Part shown: piece by piece, positions 11,052-22,170 of the stretch
Layout: every line of letters starts with the position of its first letter
Position numbering within the stretch: the stretch's first letter is position 1
Assembly: GCA_035084275.1 (NCBI GenBank)
Contig: CM068747.1
Span: 13,950,001 to 14,014,000 of the forward strand
Source: Hydrolagus colliei
Lineage: Eukaryota
Direction: 5' to 3'
Length of the DNA stretch: 64,000 bases
Translations under genes and position numbers: made by a program
The notes under the pieces: generated by a model
Databases searched by the model: none
Seen by the model: only the letters and a program-made list of their open reading frames with translations
What the model was told of the DNA's origin: nothing

Positions 11052-12599
11052 AGGGTATAAGCAAATCAGATGGGTATGGAGGCACAAGGGCATAAAGCTG
11101 TTTGAAAACGAGTGAAAGAACCTTGAAGTCAGTAATTGGGAGCTAGCAAGGACTAGTGTATGGACTATGTGAAGGACTATGCAGGTAAAATTGGCACATT
11201 TTCAAGTCCATACCGATTCATTAATTGTGCCTGTTTGGGAAATTCTGTGGACTTTTATTTCAGTATAACCATGCCTGCATTTTAATACAGCCAAGTTTCA
11301 CTAGCGGTTTTTCTGATTAAAATATAAATTTATTCAGCCTACAACGTGTTCAGAAAATACAATTTATTTCCTCCCCTCACCTGCTATAGCAATGACAATC
11401 ACAATAACAATGAAACCATGATTGTCCAGTGCACTGGGACGTCCTCCTGACGTGAAAGGTGCTTTTCAAGTGTAATTTTGCTAAGGTAAGTATTGTGCCT
11501 TTAAACTACACCATTATGCAATATTTAAATGCACCAATATTAAGTGGTGGAAATATTGAGCATGGCTGCTAGGCCACAGCATTGGAAAATGATCAAATTC
11601 AAGGCTGTGATTTACAGGAAGGCTCTTGTTATTCTGGGGGTCTGTTTGCCAGTTTTAACAAGGTCATGGGGGGGAGGTGAGGAAGGGGATAACTGTCCCA
11701 AGACATATCCCTTTGGAATCACTGAAACATCTCTTGGCCCAGACATGAACATTATTTGTGAAATCACTGTTCCAAAGGCTGCTTTGCTGCACATTCCCAA
11801 ACAGGACACAATGTACACGAAGGGCCAATAAAGCAGAATAATAAAGGAGGGAGGGATGCAAGAGCTTAGACAGCCTTTTAGAGAAACATATTGTCTCATT
11901 GCACAAGTTATGTAAGTGACAACGTGCAGTGTTACTGATAAACTTCCAAAACCAGAGACTGAAACCTGGAACATTTCCACTTGAATGCTAAATATTTATG
12001 CCAGCCTGAACTGGCAAACTAATTAAACCAAATGTAATGCCTGGCTAGGAATGTTATGTGGCTTTTAAATGACGTGGTTTGCCCCCAATCACCCTCTGCA
12101 AGCAACGCATAATTAAAAAGTGGATGATTTTCCCAGTAGCACATTACCCCAGACCGACAGATAAACAGCTGTTCTTACAGCAAGTTGTTTCTGCCTCCCA
12201 AAGAAAATGTCACAGCACCGGTCAGGATTCAGTGATGTTAGTGAACATGTGGACCCATTTAATGTCACTGAGTAGATACTTTAGAATTGGATTTTCCCAA
12301 GTTTTGTAACACTGAAATAATGACAATGGAATTGGAAAATTGAGATGGATCACCTTTGCCTCGAATACAGTTGGATTGGTTGCAGCAAATGCAAAAATGT
12401 GTTCAATAATGTGTTAAAATGATGAACACACACGTGCCAATGACACTGCAGTGACCTTTCCCTTTGGGAAACGGAGGCAAGTTGTATGCAGACAGCTCCT
12501 CAACCATGGCACCTTCAAGTCTCTGGAACATTGTTTTAAAGGTGATACAAGCGCATTCTTTACCAGCTATTGTTAAGATGTACAATAGAAGTTAAAAAA

Positions 12600-12960
12600 A
12601 AATCCATGCATTTGATATAGTGCCTTCTCATGTCTTCAAAACATCTCAAAGCACTTTGAAGAATATACTGCAAAGTGAATTGCCTATATATTTTGTGGGC
12701 GAACTGCGGTAGGCAATTGTGCACAGGAGTGTCCCACAAACAATCACGGACTGAATGATCAATTTATTATTATTTTTAAAGAAATTATTACCCCCTGAAA
12801 AGTGATCCGCCAATCAACCAACAGCTGATTCCTACTTTCTGCTTGGTTAACAGAGGTGCGTGAGGTAAGGAAACTGGCCCAACATTTTGCCCTGCCGGGA
12901 ATCAAACCCAGGTCCTCACATGCGGGGGCGAGTGCTCTAACCACTGAGCTACAGGACTCC
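12600..12960 (-). mobile_element. tRNA-derived SINE, long subfamily
   Basis: GGAGTCCTGTAGCTCAGTGGTTAGAGCACTCGCC head, extra internal segment and family tail. Confidence 0.85.
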
Positions 12961-14473
12961 ACTGAAATGAAACTTCATTAACATTAATCAAAGAGCTGGC
13001 CATTCTCGTAAACTATTATTTAGTTGATCATCAATATTTGCACTCACATTTCCTACATTTACTTTATCCAAAATCTATAATGTTGTGATTTTACTAAACA
13101 CTTCATTAAAATGTCTCCTATGTGCTCATACGTGTAATAACTTAGATCAGTTGAGTAGATAATCAGCTGCTCAAAGATGTGTGATTTTAACCAGGCTTAC
13201 TTATCAAATGGTATATTCACTGTACATCAGTTAAATAATACAGAGAAATTACAAATGCAGAGCAGAAAGTTAGAGGCAAAGGTCTTCATGAAGTGCTAAT
13301 ATTTGGAATGCAAATGAAAGGTTGGTGAAAGCAGATTCAATGATAATTATCAACATTTTTATTGATATTGGAATTGAATATTTACTTGAAAAGAAAAAGA
13401 AAACTCTGGTGATAGAGCCATGGGAATGCAACTAATTGGGTATAGCCAATATGTGGTATAGCCTTGTACATTTGTGGAAACGCTGTATTGTGAGACTGAG
13501 ACTGAATTTTGATGAATTATATTGCATAGAAAACTTATTGAAGAGCATCTCATTATTCTATTTTGCAATGTTAAAATTTTAATGAATGATCAAGCAATTT
13601 AAACATAGATGAGGTTACCTGTTATATGTAGAGGGGATAGCTTTATTTTCGAAAAGAATAAATCTGTAAGGAGCTATTTTGATTAACATTACCCACTCTC
13701 AAGAAGGGTTGGCCCTACTGTATTTCCTTTCGTGGCTTTTGAATTTTTTTTAAACTGCAGAACATTAATGCGCCTGGGGAAACTGGTCTTATCGAGTTAC
13801 AGAGTGCGGCAATATAAAGCAGTTGAATGATCACCAGTTTATCCAACGCATGTTGAGTTTTTGCTGACACCGGGCTTCCATCAGAATATCTTCAGACCAT
13901 TCTTGACATGCAAGCATAAATCTCATATAAAAACATGCTGGATTCAATTATTTACCGCAAACAACCTGCACTTTTTGTTGCTGGATTCATGTCAAATCTG
14001 CCATTTATAAAAGTGGTATTTTACAATCTTGCTGCATATATGAAATAAGATCATTGCATTAACTAACTACAGTATATGCACAGAATACAATCCGGGATCC
14101 AGTGATTTACATAAATAACCATGTTGAGTTTATCATAATGTACTCCAGAAACATTTGATAGTTAAAGTGTACTAAACTGGAATGGTGTTTGTATAAACAC
14201 TGTTGTCCAGTGTGTTCCTTAGGGCCACTATGATTAAATTCAAGATATTTCAAACCATTTTTAAAAGTGAAACATTTAAATCCCGCTTTTGATTCGTTTC
14301 TTGACTATAGGGTCTATTATGCAAGTTATGTGAAACATATCCAAACCTGTGTGTACAATGGCAGTTGCAAATGTCCTGGATTAAGTAACAAACCAATGAA
14401 AGGATTGCAGAATTTGAATGGTTGCATAACTTGCAAAATAGATGCATTACATGTGGTTTACACAACCCAAACA

Positions 14474-15205
14474 CAGTAGAAGCCCGTTTATCCGTGACTC
14501 GATGAACCGGCAATTCCGTATAACTCGCACGCCAAAAAACAAGTCCCCATTCGATAAACCGGAACTTATCCGGAGCAATAGCAGTGGAGCATTTGTAAAT
14601 GCATAAATAATAACAGAATATTGTATTGGTACTTATTGTTAAAACTACTTTTTTGTGCTTTTTACCTTTGCTGGTAGATGCTGCACTTGAAGCCATGATG
14701 CTGTGATTGAGGTTTATAGTCCAGCAATTGTTTTAAGATGGAGCACGCCAAGCGGATGAAAAAAACGGAGCACAATTTTAAAGCCAAACTAGCGGCAAAC
14801 CGACATCGCTAGCCGATAACCCACATTGTCGCGCAGGTGCTGTATTTCGGTTTGCCGTTAGTAGAGTCTAGGGCAATAGGCTTGCAGCTAGTAAAGTCAC
14901 GCGACTTTAAAATCACGCTGCCGTTTTTTTCATCTGCTTGGCGTCCTCCATTTAAAAAAGAATCGCTGGACTGTAAACCTAAATCAGTAAAGGTGAGAAG
15001 CGCAAGAGAGTAATTTTAACAATAAGTACCAATACAATATTCTGTTATTATCTGTTATTATTTAGTCTGGTGTGTACGGTGTGTGTTAAAATAAGTTAAT
15101 TTTTTTTGTAGTGGGTTTTCGGCTGCGGGCCGCCCGAATATCCGGCAGGCGCTTTAACCGGCATTGGCCATGTCCCGCGGGTGCCGGATAAACAAGCTTT
15201 TACTG
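14474..15205. mobile_element. pogo/Tigger-type MITE, palindromic form, copy 3
   Basis: TIRs CAGTAGAAGCCCGTTTATCC / GGATAAACAAGCTTTTACTG; right flank TA, left flank CA. Colinear with copy 1. Confidence 0.9.
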
Positions 15206-15281
15206 TACATTGCATTTACATTTCAAATCCCCAACTGTGGTGCACTGAACTCTCACAAGTGAGTTATGAAGATTCAATGGT

Positions 15282-15591
15282 GGAGTCCTGTTGCTCAGTG
15301 GTTGGAGCACTTGCCTTACAAGTGAGAGACCTGGGTTTGATTCCAGGCAGGACGAAACTTTGGGCAAGTTTTCTTACTGCACCCGCCTAATAATAATCTG
15401 TCCAAAAAAACAACAATAAATTGATCACTTCAATCTACGACTGGTTGTTGGACACTGCTGTGTTCAATTGGCTGCTGTGTTTCGCCCACATATGTACAGT
15501 CAATTCACTTTACAGTATATTCTGTGAAGAGCTTTGAGATGTCTAGAAGACGTGAAAAGTGCTATATCAAATGCAAAGATTATTATTATTA
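15282..15591 (+). mobile_element. tRNA-derived SINE, short subfamily
   Basis: GGAGTCCTG head through GCTATATCAAATGCAAAGATTATTATT tail. Confidence 0.85.
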
Positions 15592-16450
15592 TATTCATTT
15601 TTTAAAAAAACTTTACCTAAAAGGGAGAATCAGACATCCCATGTATAGTCAGATCCAGAGTCAACTTTCTCCAACCTGCAATATTTGCTTTAAAGCTTAA
15701 CCTCCAAATTATCCCACTTGATAGCAACAGTGTGATCACCCTACCCCACCCCTACTTTCTATTCCAGCATTTCGTGCAATGCTCCTGTATAAAATGTGTC
15801 AAAGTTAGACAATTGTGTGCTGTGAATCCATGCATGTTCTCACTTGCTCCTGAAAATCTTTGGCGATTGTCCTTACTCAGTTAGTCCAGATTTCTGAACT
15901 TAAGAATGTAAGAACATAAGAATTGGTGAAAGAAGACCAAGGTGCACCCAGTTTGCGTTTCACCACTCAAGCAGTTGCATGACATGACGTGTCCCAACTG
16001 TATCCCGAGATCATTATTTCCCAACAAAAATTGATTTAATTTGCCTTTTGAAAGAATCGAACAAAAGAATCTTCAATCACATCATTCAAAGGGGGAATTC
16101 AAACTTTGGCCCAATCTTGAATGCATAAGTTTAGTAACTTAAACCAAATGTGTTTGTTCAGGTGAAACATATTTAGGAAACTAACAGAAATTGTCTGAAA
16201 GAGATATGAAAGGGACGATAAAAGGATGAATTCTTCCTACGAAATTAAACTAAAACACTCAACCATTGAAACCCTTTCAAGATTGGCTGAATCACAGAAG
16301 TTTAGTCAACAACATCTATAAGTTTATGAATAGCCTGGGCCACGTATGCTGTATCTGGAGGTTGAACATTTAAAAAAAAACTATGGTGGTAGGATTTATC
16401 TGGTAGGGGAGGAAGAAGATGGGTCCTGTTCCTAAACAGCTGAAGCATAC

Positions 16451-16522
16451 CTCCTGACAGGCTGACCCTGGCGCAACGTTGACGTCTGTGAAGATGTCCA
16501 TGGAATAGACCATCCTTCCCTC
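16451..16522 (-). CDS. Candidate 72-nt in-frame cassette exon of MBD5
   Basis: Acceptor atcttctgtcag preceded by a 120-nt AG-free pyrimidine-rich tract; donor GAG|gtatgc. Phase 1-1, no stop: GGKDGLFHGHLHRRQRCARVSLSG. Confidence 0.5.
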
Positions 16523-17876
16523 CTGACAGAAGATAGCGTGAAGGTAAGGCAAGAAAATAGGGGAAAGACGTTACAAAGCAAAGAGCACAGACACACAGGA
16601 AAATATTGTTCAATAATTCAGCCACAGAGAGAATGTTACATTTCCTATCCGTTTACCATGTAATTAATTAAACAAACCAAGCAAGTTTTTAAATAAAGTG
16701 CAAATTTCTCAAATCCTTTTCTCCCTGCCCCGCCACCATTGGTACAACTATTTTTCACAAGTCTTAGGCTGCAAAAGCAGTAACTACTGTAATATGCAGT
16801 CTTCTCTATAGTTTCACTATGTTGTTTCTTCTAGCATTACTTCTTAACCAGCCTGTGAATGTCAAAAAATATCCAATAACATTTTGTCTTAATCTAAAAT
16901 GCAGTTTTCTTTAGCCTCAAATTCTGCTATTTAATCTACAAAACAAAGTTGCCACAATAAGGCTTATAAAGTGGACTTCCCAACACAAAAACTCATGGCT
17001 TACATTACTAAACTAAGCATGTTTAGCATTTTAGTTTGATAATTACGGTATGTATTTTTGAACCAGATGGAATTCCTGTTCAAATTTTACATTTCCTCCA
17101 AGTTTTGGAAAAACCACTTGATTCGAATTGTCAATTGTAGGATGTAAACATGTTTTACGATTATATTTAAATAGATGCATCATCCCAGACAAATTCTTTC
17201 ACTTGAATGTCGTGCTGTACTTCCTTTTGCAGTGTGAAGGTTTATAGAATTTATGCAAAATATAACTTCCTAAGTAAAAACATTTTTGTTCAATATTGCA
17301 ATAAAATTAAATGTGCATTTACATCTATAGATTATTCACTTCTGCTTTATCTCTTTAAGAGATATCCCTCCATGGGTTCATATACTTTTTTAAACATTGG
17401 GTTCTGTTACAGTACTTATTGTTTATTGCATTAGCGTTAATCGGGGTATGAAAACTCAAAGATGAGAATATTTGACACACTCCTTTCCAAAAACTGGATA
17501 GAAAACATGCTGTAAAAATAAATATTGTATCAAAATCACAAGATTAAAAGGACTGGAGTACCAGAACAAATATATACTTAAATTTGCATGGGAAATATTT
17601 TTCAACTAAAATATATTGCAACCTAGACTACACCAAAATACAACTTGGCGAAATGGACTGGTTTCTGGAACCACAAAGTTACAACAGAACAAAAAAAACT
17701 CAACCAATACTGAACAAAAATGAAAGATTACGGGAACATTATGCATCATAACACTGGAGCAAAAAGAAACACCCCACATACATTTGCCTTATTTTCCAAA
17801 GGAACAAAATGTACTTTCTACACAAGTTTTAATACAATAAAAGATCAACAATTAGTACATTAGTGTAAAACCATAC

Positions 17877-19976
17877 CTGCTTCAGTACTGGTTTGGCTGC
17901 GAATGCTGCCACTGCTATTTGGTACCATTACTGCTGAAGATGTTGTAATCCTTGAATGAGATGGGTTGGAATGCAAGCTATTCCCCAAAGTCAGTGCAGA
18001 CTGGTGGAGCAGCCCACAACTGCCACTAGTTTGTAGCTGTCCCACTAACTCAACAAATTGACTGTTTGGGCCCTGGCAATTCTGGATTAAATTAGTGCTT
18101 GTATTTTGGCAAGAAATACCGTCCCCTCGGGTTAACGTTTGAACTGACAGGTTGTGAACGGAACCTGACTTCAAATTGGTGTCTGCAAAGTTAAGTTGGT
18201 TGGAGGAACAAGGAATACCTGTTGGGGAATTACCGCAACCAGTACTATTGCCACTGATTTGGGAACTCTGTGAACTCATGGATTGAAGTAACTGAGACAT
18301 GGTGTTATTCATGGTTAAGGATGAACTTTGTCCTTGCTTTCTTAAAGGGTCAGGTACAGGCTTTGGAATACCTGAGCTGCCCATCTGAGACTGTTTAAGC
18401 ATACTCAATACTGTTGGGGTCGCTTGCTTCCTTTTCCGTAAAGGGTCCTTTTGCTGTGCCATTAGCTTATCTCTCAATGCTGCCCGTCCACTCTGACCTT
18501 CATTAATTGACAGAAGCATGTTGGCAGTTGGAGGAAACATAGTATTTAAAGTGCTGTGTCCTTCACTATTGCCACCACTGCCAACTCCACCACCATTGTT
18601 GCTACCAGTCAGTTTATTTTGATTAGCTAGCTGTGCTTTGGCTGCTGCTGAAAGTAAACTGCTTGCTGGAAATGAAGCAGCATTATGCTGATTTAAAATC
18701 TGATTCAAGGGCATTCCCAGCAAACCTGGCGGACTCTTTTGTTGTTGTACATTTCCAACGGATACAGATGGAAACAAAGGATTATTTTGAGGATTCAAAA
18801 CATTACTCATTCCGACCAGCAATGGATTAGGGTTATCTTTGTATTGATGAAGAAGCCCATCGGGCTTGTTAGATGGACTCGATGGCATGGATGGTCGTGG
18901 AGAACCCATAGATGACCTTGGTGACCTTGGAGGGACCTTCATTCCACCGCAGCCTGACTGGGGACCTGCAGGGGGCATCATTAAGTTTCCGTGATCAGAC
19001 GATGTGGAAGATGACCTTGACCTCTGTGGGGAGACCTCGATTCTCCCAACGACAGGTCCCATCATGTGCACAGGGGAACTAACTGGAGTTGGAGATACAG
19101 ATGTGGAACTTGAATGCTGAACCCTTGGAATATGGGTTCCATGGCTAACAGGGCCAGGCTTGACTGTTGGCAATGGTAGATTGCTTGGCAATGGGACAAC
19201 AGCAGGAGGCATGCTTACATTCATCATAGGTACCTGAGAGTGCATGGTTGTCTGGAAATTCGATGCGTTCATAAATACCGGGTTTGTTTTGTTGGGGATG
19301 GGGTCAAGAATACCTAGTGGATCCTTCTCCGATGGCAATGGCTTTTTCTGGAGAGCACATGATGCTGGGGGTCCTTGGGAAAGTTTGTGAAACATAATTC
19401 GTGGCATATCCATGTTTGACGAATAGTTACAAGATGGTTTCTTCATGATGGGACTCTTGGTAGTCATGGTTGGTGAAAGTGGTATGGAAGTCCTTCCAGC
19501 CATAGCACAGGATGACTGGGCTGAAGAATTCTGCATCAGGACTGTGGGTGGGGAAAGGGGAATTCGATTTATGTGGATGGGGCTGGAGTTTGGCCCAGTA
19601 TGAAAGCCAGGGTTATTCCTTGTAAACACATCTGGACTTCCCATTGTATCGGTCCTGGGAGATATAGAACCATCTCCATAGATCTGAGATCCTGGACTAG
19701 ATAGACCAGCGTGATTTCCACGATACGGAGACTTCTGCCCATGGTCACTGCTACCCAGTCTCTGTCTAGAATAACCAGTATGCAGCTCTTGCTGGGGACT
19801 TGCACACAGCTCCTGTTGGTAAAGCCGAACCATAGCATTCGGGCCTCCCATCATTAACTTAGGCAAATATGGATTCTTGTTATAGTCTGGCACTGCAGAA
19901 TTCGGCACCACTTCTTGCAATTTATTCCTCATTGCTCTTGGAGTTGCTGCTCGTGACTGTACCATTGGAGTTCCGC
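17877..19976 (-). CDS. MBD5: MBD5 large coding exon 4 (Pro/Ser-rich region)
   Basis: Acceptor ttttctttttctag, donor gtatgg. 2100 nt open frame (ORF track 17860..20007) with MBD5 motifs [71 protein letters not shown] and [10 protein letters not shown]. Phase 1-1. Confidence 0.98.
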
Positions 19977-20032
19977 CTAGAAAAAGAAAACAGTAAATGA
20001 ATACCAACTGTACCTGGAATCACAGCTGGCTT

Positions 20033-20625
20033 CAACAACAATACATTTGTATAGCGCCTTTCACGTCAGGAGGATGTCCCAAGGCGCTGGACAGTTACTG
20101 CTTCAGACCCAAGCTGAGGACGGGGGTGAAGGGAAGGGGGTGATGGGTCCATCGAAGAGGAGAGTCTTGAGGCGAGACTTGAAGGAGGCCAGGGAGCGGG
20201 CGAGGTGGAGGGACTGGGATGGAGTTCCAGAGGTTGGGTGCAGAGTGGCTGAAGTCTCGCCCGCACCTGAAGCTGTGACAGGGCAAAATATCCGGCCACG
20301 TTTGATTGCTGGCCAATGATTCCTAAGTAAAGGAGGAAATCAAATACGATTGGTGTTCGCTGAGGTAGGGGGAGGGAACCATAAGCACAGTCAAAGAGGA
20401 AGATCAGGCATGATCTGGAAAATGAGGAGGGGGAAAGACAGAGGGATTGAGTTCCATAGTTTCTGAGTGTAGTGACTGAAAGCGTGGCCGTCGATGGTGG
20501 AGTGGAGAGGACGAGCGAAAAGCAGGAGGCTGGAGACGAATGAGTGAAGGTGACAGATGGTAAAGTGGGGGAGTAAGCAAGAGGTAGAACGGTGCCAGGG
20601 TGTGAAGGGATGGATTGACTAGCCA
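20033..20625 (-). mobile_element. L2 3'-end fragments immediately upstream of the large-exon acceptor
   Basis: L2 tail CAGCGCCTTGGGACATCCTCCTGACGTGAAAGGCGCTATACAAATG...(TTG)n at 20033-20095, plus AFS...P..WNS-like C-terminal remnants. Confidence 0.75.
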
Positions 20626-20934
20626 AAACAAGTTGCTATAGCCACGTTCCCGTCAAGTAATTCTGCTATGATTAATATTTTCCGTTCTTCCAATACATCT
20701 GTAAGAAAATCAAATTGTGAAGCAACCCTGTAAAAGGAAACATTTTCAGCCACTCAGTTATAATGGATGAGGAATTAAAGTTCCAAGATTTACTTACCAA
20801 TAAATGCCAGCTTTATCGGAATATCTCAAGCTATTTCCCATAACTACCATTGTCGCTGATTTACAATCTTTCCATGTCCATAGAATTAATGATAAATAAT
20901 CGGTGCAATAACAGCCCCTTAAGAAGTTGTCAAG

Positions 20935-21328
20935 AGGTCTCAAAGCACTGCACAGGATTTACGGTAGAATGGTGTGGGGAAACACAGCACCCAATTTGAA
21001 TGGAGCAGTGGCCCACAAACATCCATAATAGTCAGTGACCTATAATTGCTGGACAACGAGTGAGTGATTAATTCTAAATGGAGGATTTGTTGGCTAGAGC
21101 AATGGGAGAAACTCCCTCTGGTTTTCGGAAAAAAAAGTGCCATGGGATCTTCAGTGTTCCCCTGGACAGGCAGGTGGGACCTCAGTTTAATGTCTCAATT
21201 GACGGACGGCATCTTTGATCATTTCAGATATGACTGGGATTGTCAGCATAAACTACATGGATTCCAAGTCTCGACTTGACCCCATAACCTTCTGACTCAA
21301 AGGCGAGAGTAGTCCCAACTGAGCCGGG
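20935..21328 (-). mobile_element. Deu-domain SINE (SacSINE1/AmnSINE1-like)
   Basis: tRNA-like head GGCTCAGTTGG...CTCTCGCCTTTGAGTCAGAAGGTTATGGG and Deu core TGAGACATTAAACTGAGGTCCCACCTGCCTGTCCAG...AAGATCCCATGGCACT. Confidence 0.8.
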
Positions 21329-21921
21329 ATGACACACAAATTACAATCATTTCACATGTTTCCATCCCTTCCTGTGAAACACTTTTTGGACAGGTACAAA
21401 CATTCTTAAATATTCTGGCAAAGAATGGTTGACAATTAACTCCCAAATCCCATTAATGAGATCAGGTGGCACAAGGATTCAAACTTGGAAAAACTGGACC
21501 ATTAAATCTTATTGCAATAGAATTCCATAAGTCAAGACACACCAATCATGCTTTGATTCTGGGCAAAATCAACTTAACCTGTTTCCAATCAAAATGAATA
21601 AATGAGCTATTAGTCACTGTCTCTCCAAAGGTTATATAACCAACAAAATGGCTTGTAAAACCTTCATTGTAAATCTCAGATTTGGTGCAAGCCATGAATA
21701 TTTTATCTTTGGGACTAAAAATAGAAGTTCAGGGATAATGTGTATTGCTCTCCAATATGAAAATTAGGCATGCAATATTATAACAATTTTGGTAGAAGGT
21801 GAAGCAAATATTATTAGAACTATAGTGTAAAAAGAAATAAACAACCCCAAAAGAATCCCTGAACAACAGGCAATAGGACAATACCAACCCATGTTATCGT
21901 TTATTACATTATTATTATTTA

Positions 21922-22170
<249 letters not shown>

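Noticed and set aside
10400-11055. Poly-G tracts as functional G-quadruplexes
   Set aside because: Simple homopolymers are common in such genomes and their length is assembly-sensitive; nothing supports a function.
19977-20007. N-terminal extensions of ORF-track entries ([10 protein letters not shown]; also MSICMVWVS at 7511-7538)
   Set aside because: These are intronic polypyrimidine/acceptor sequences, not translation starts.
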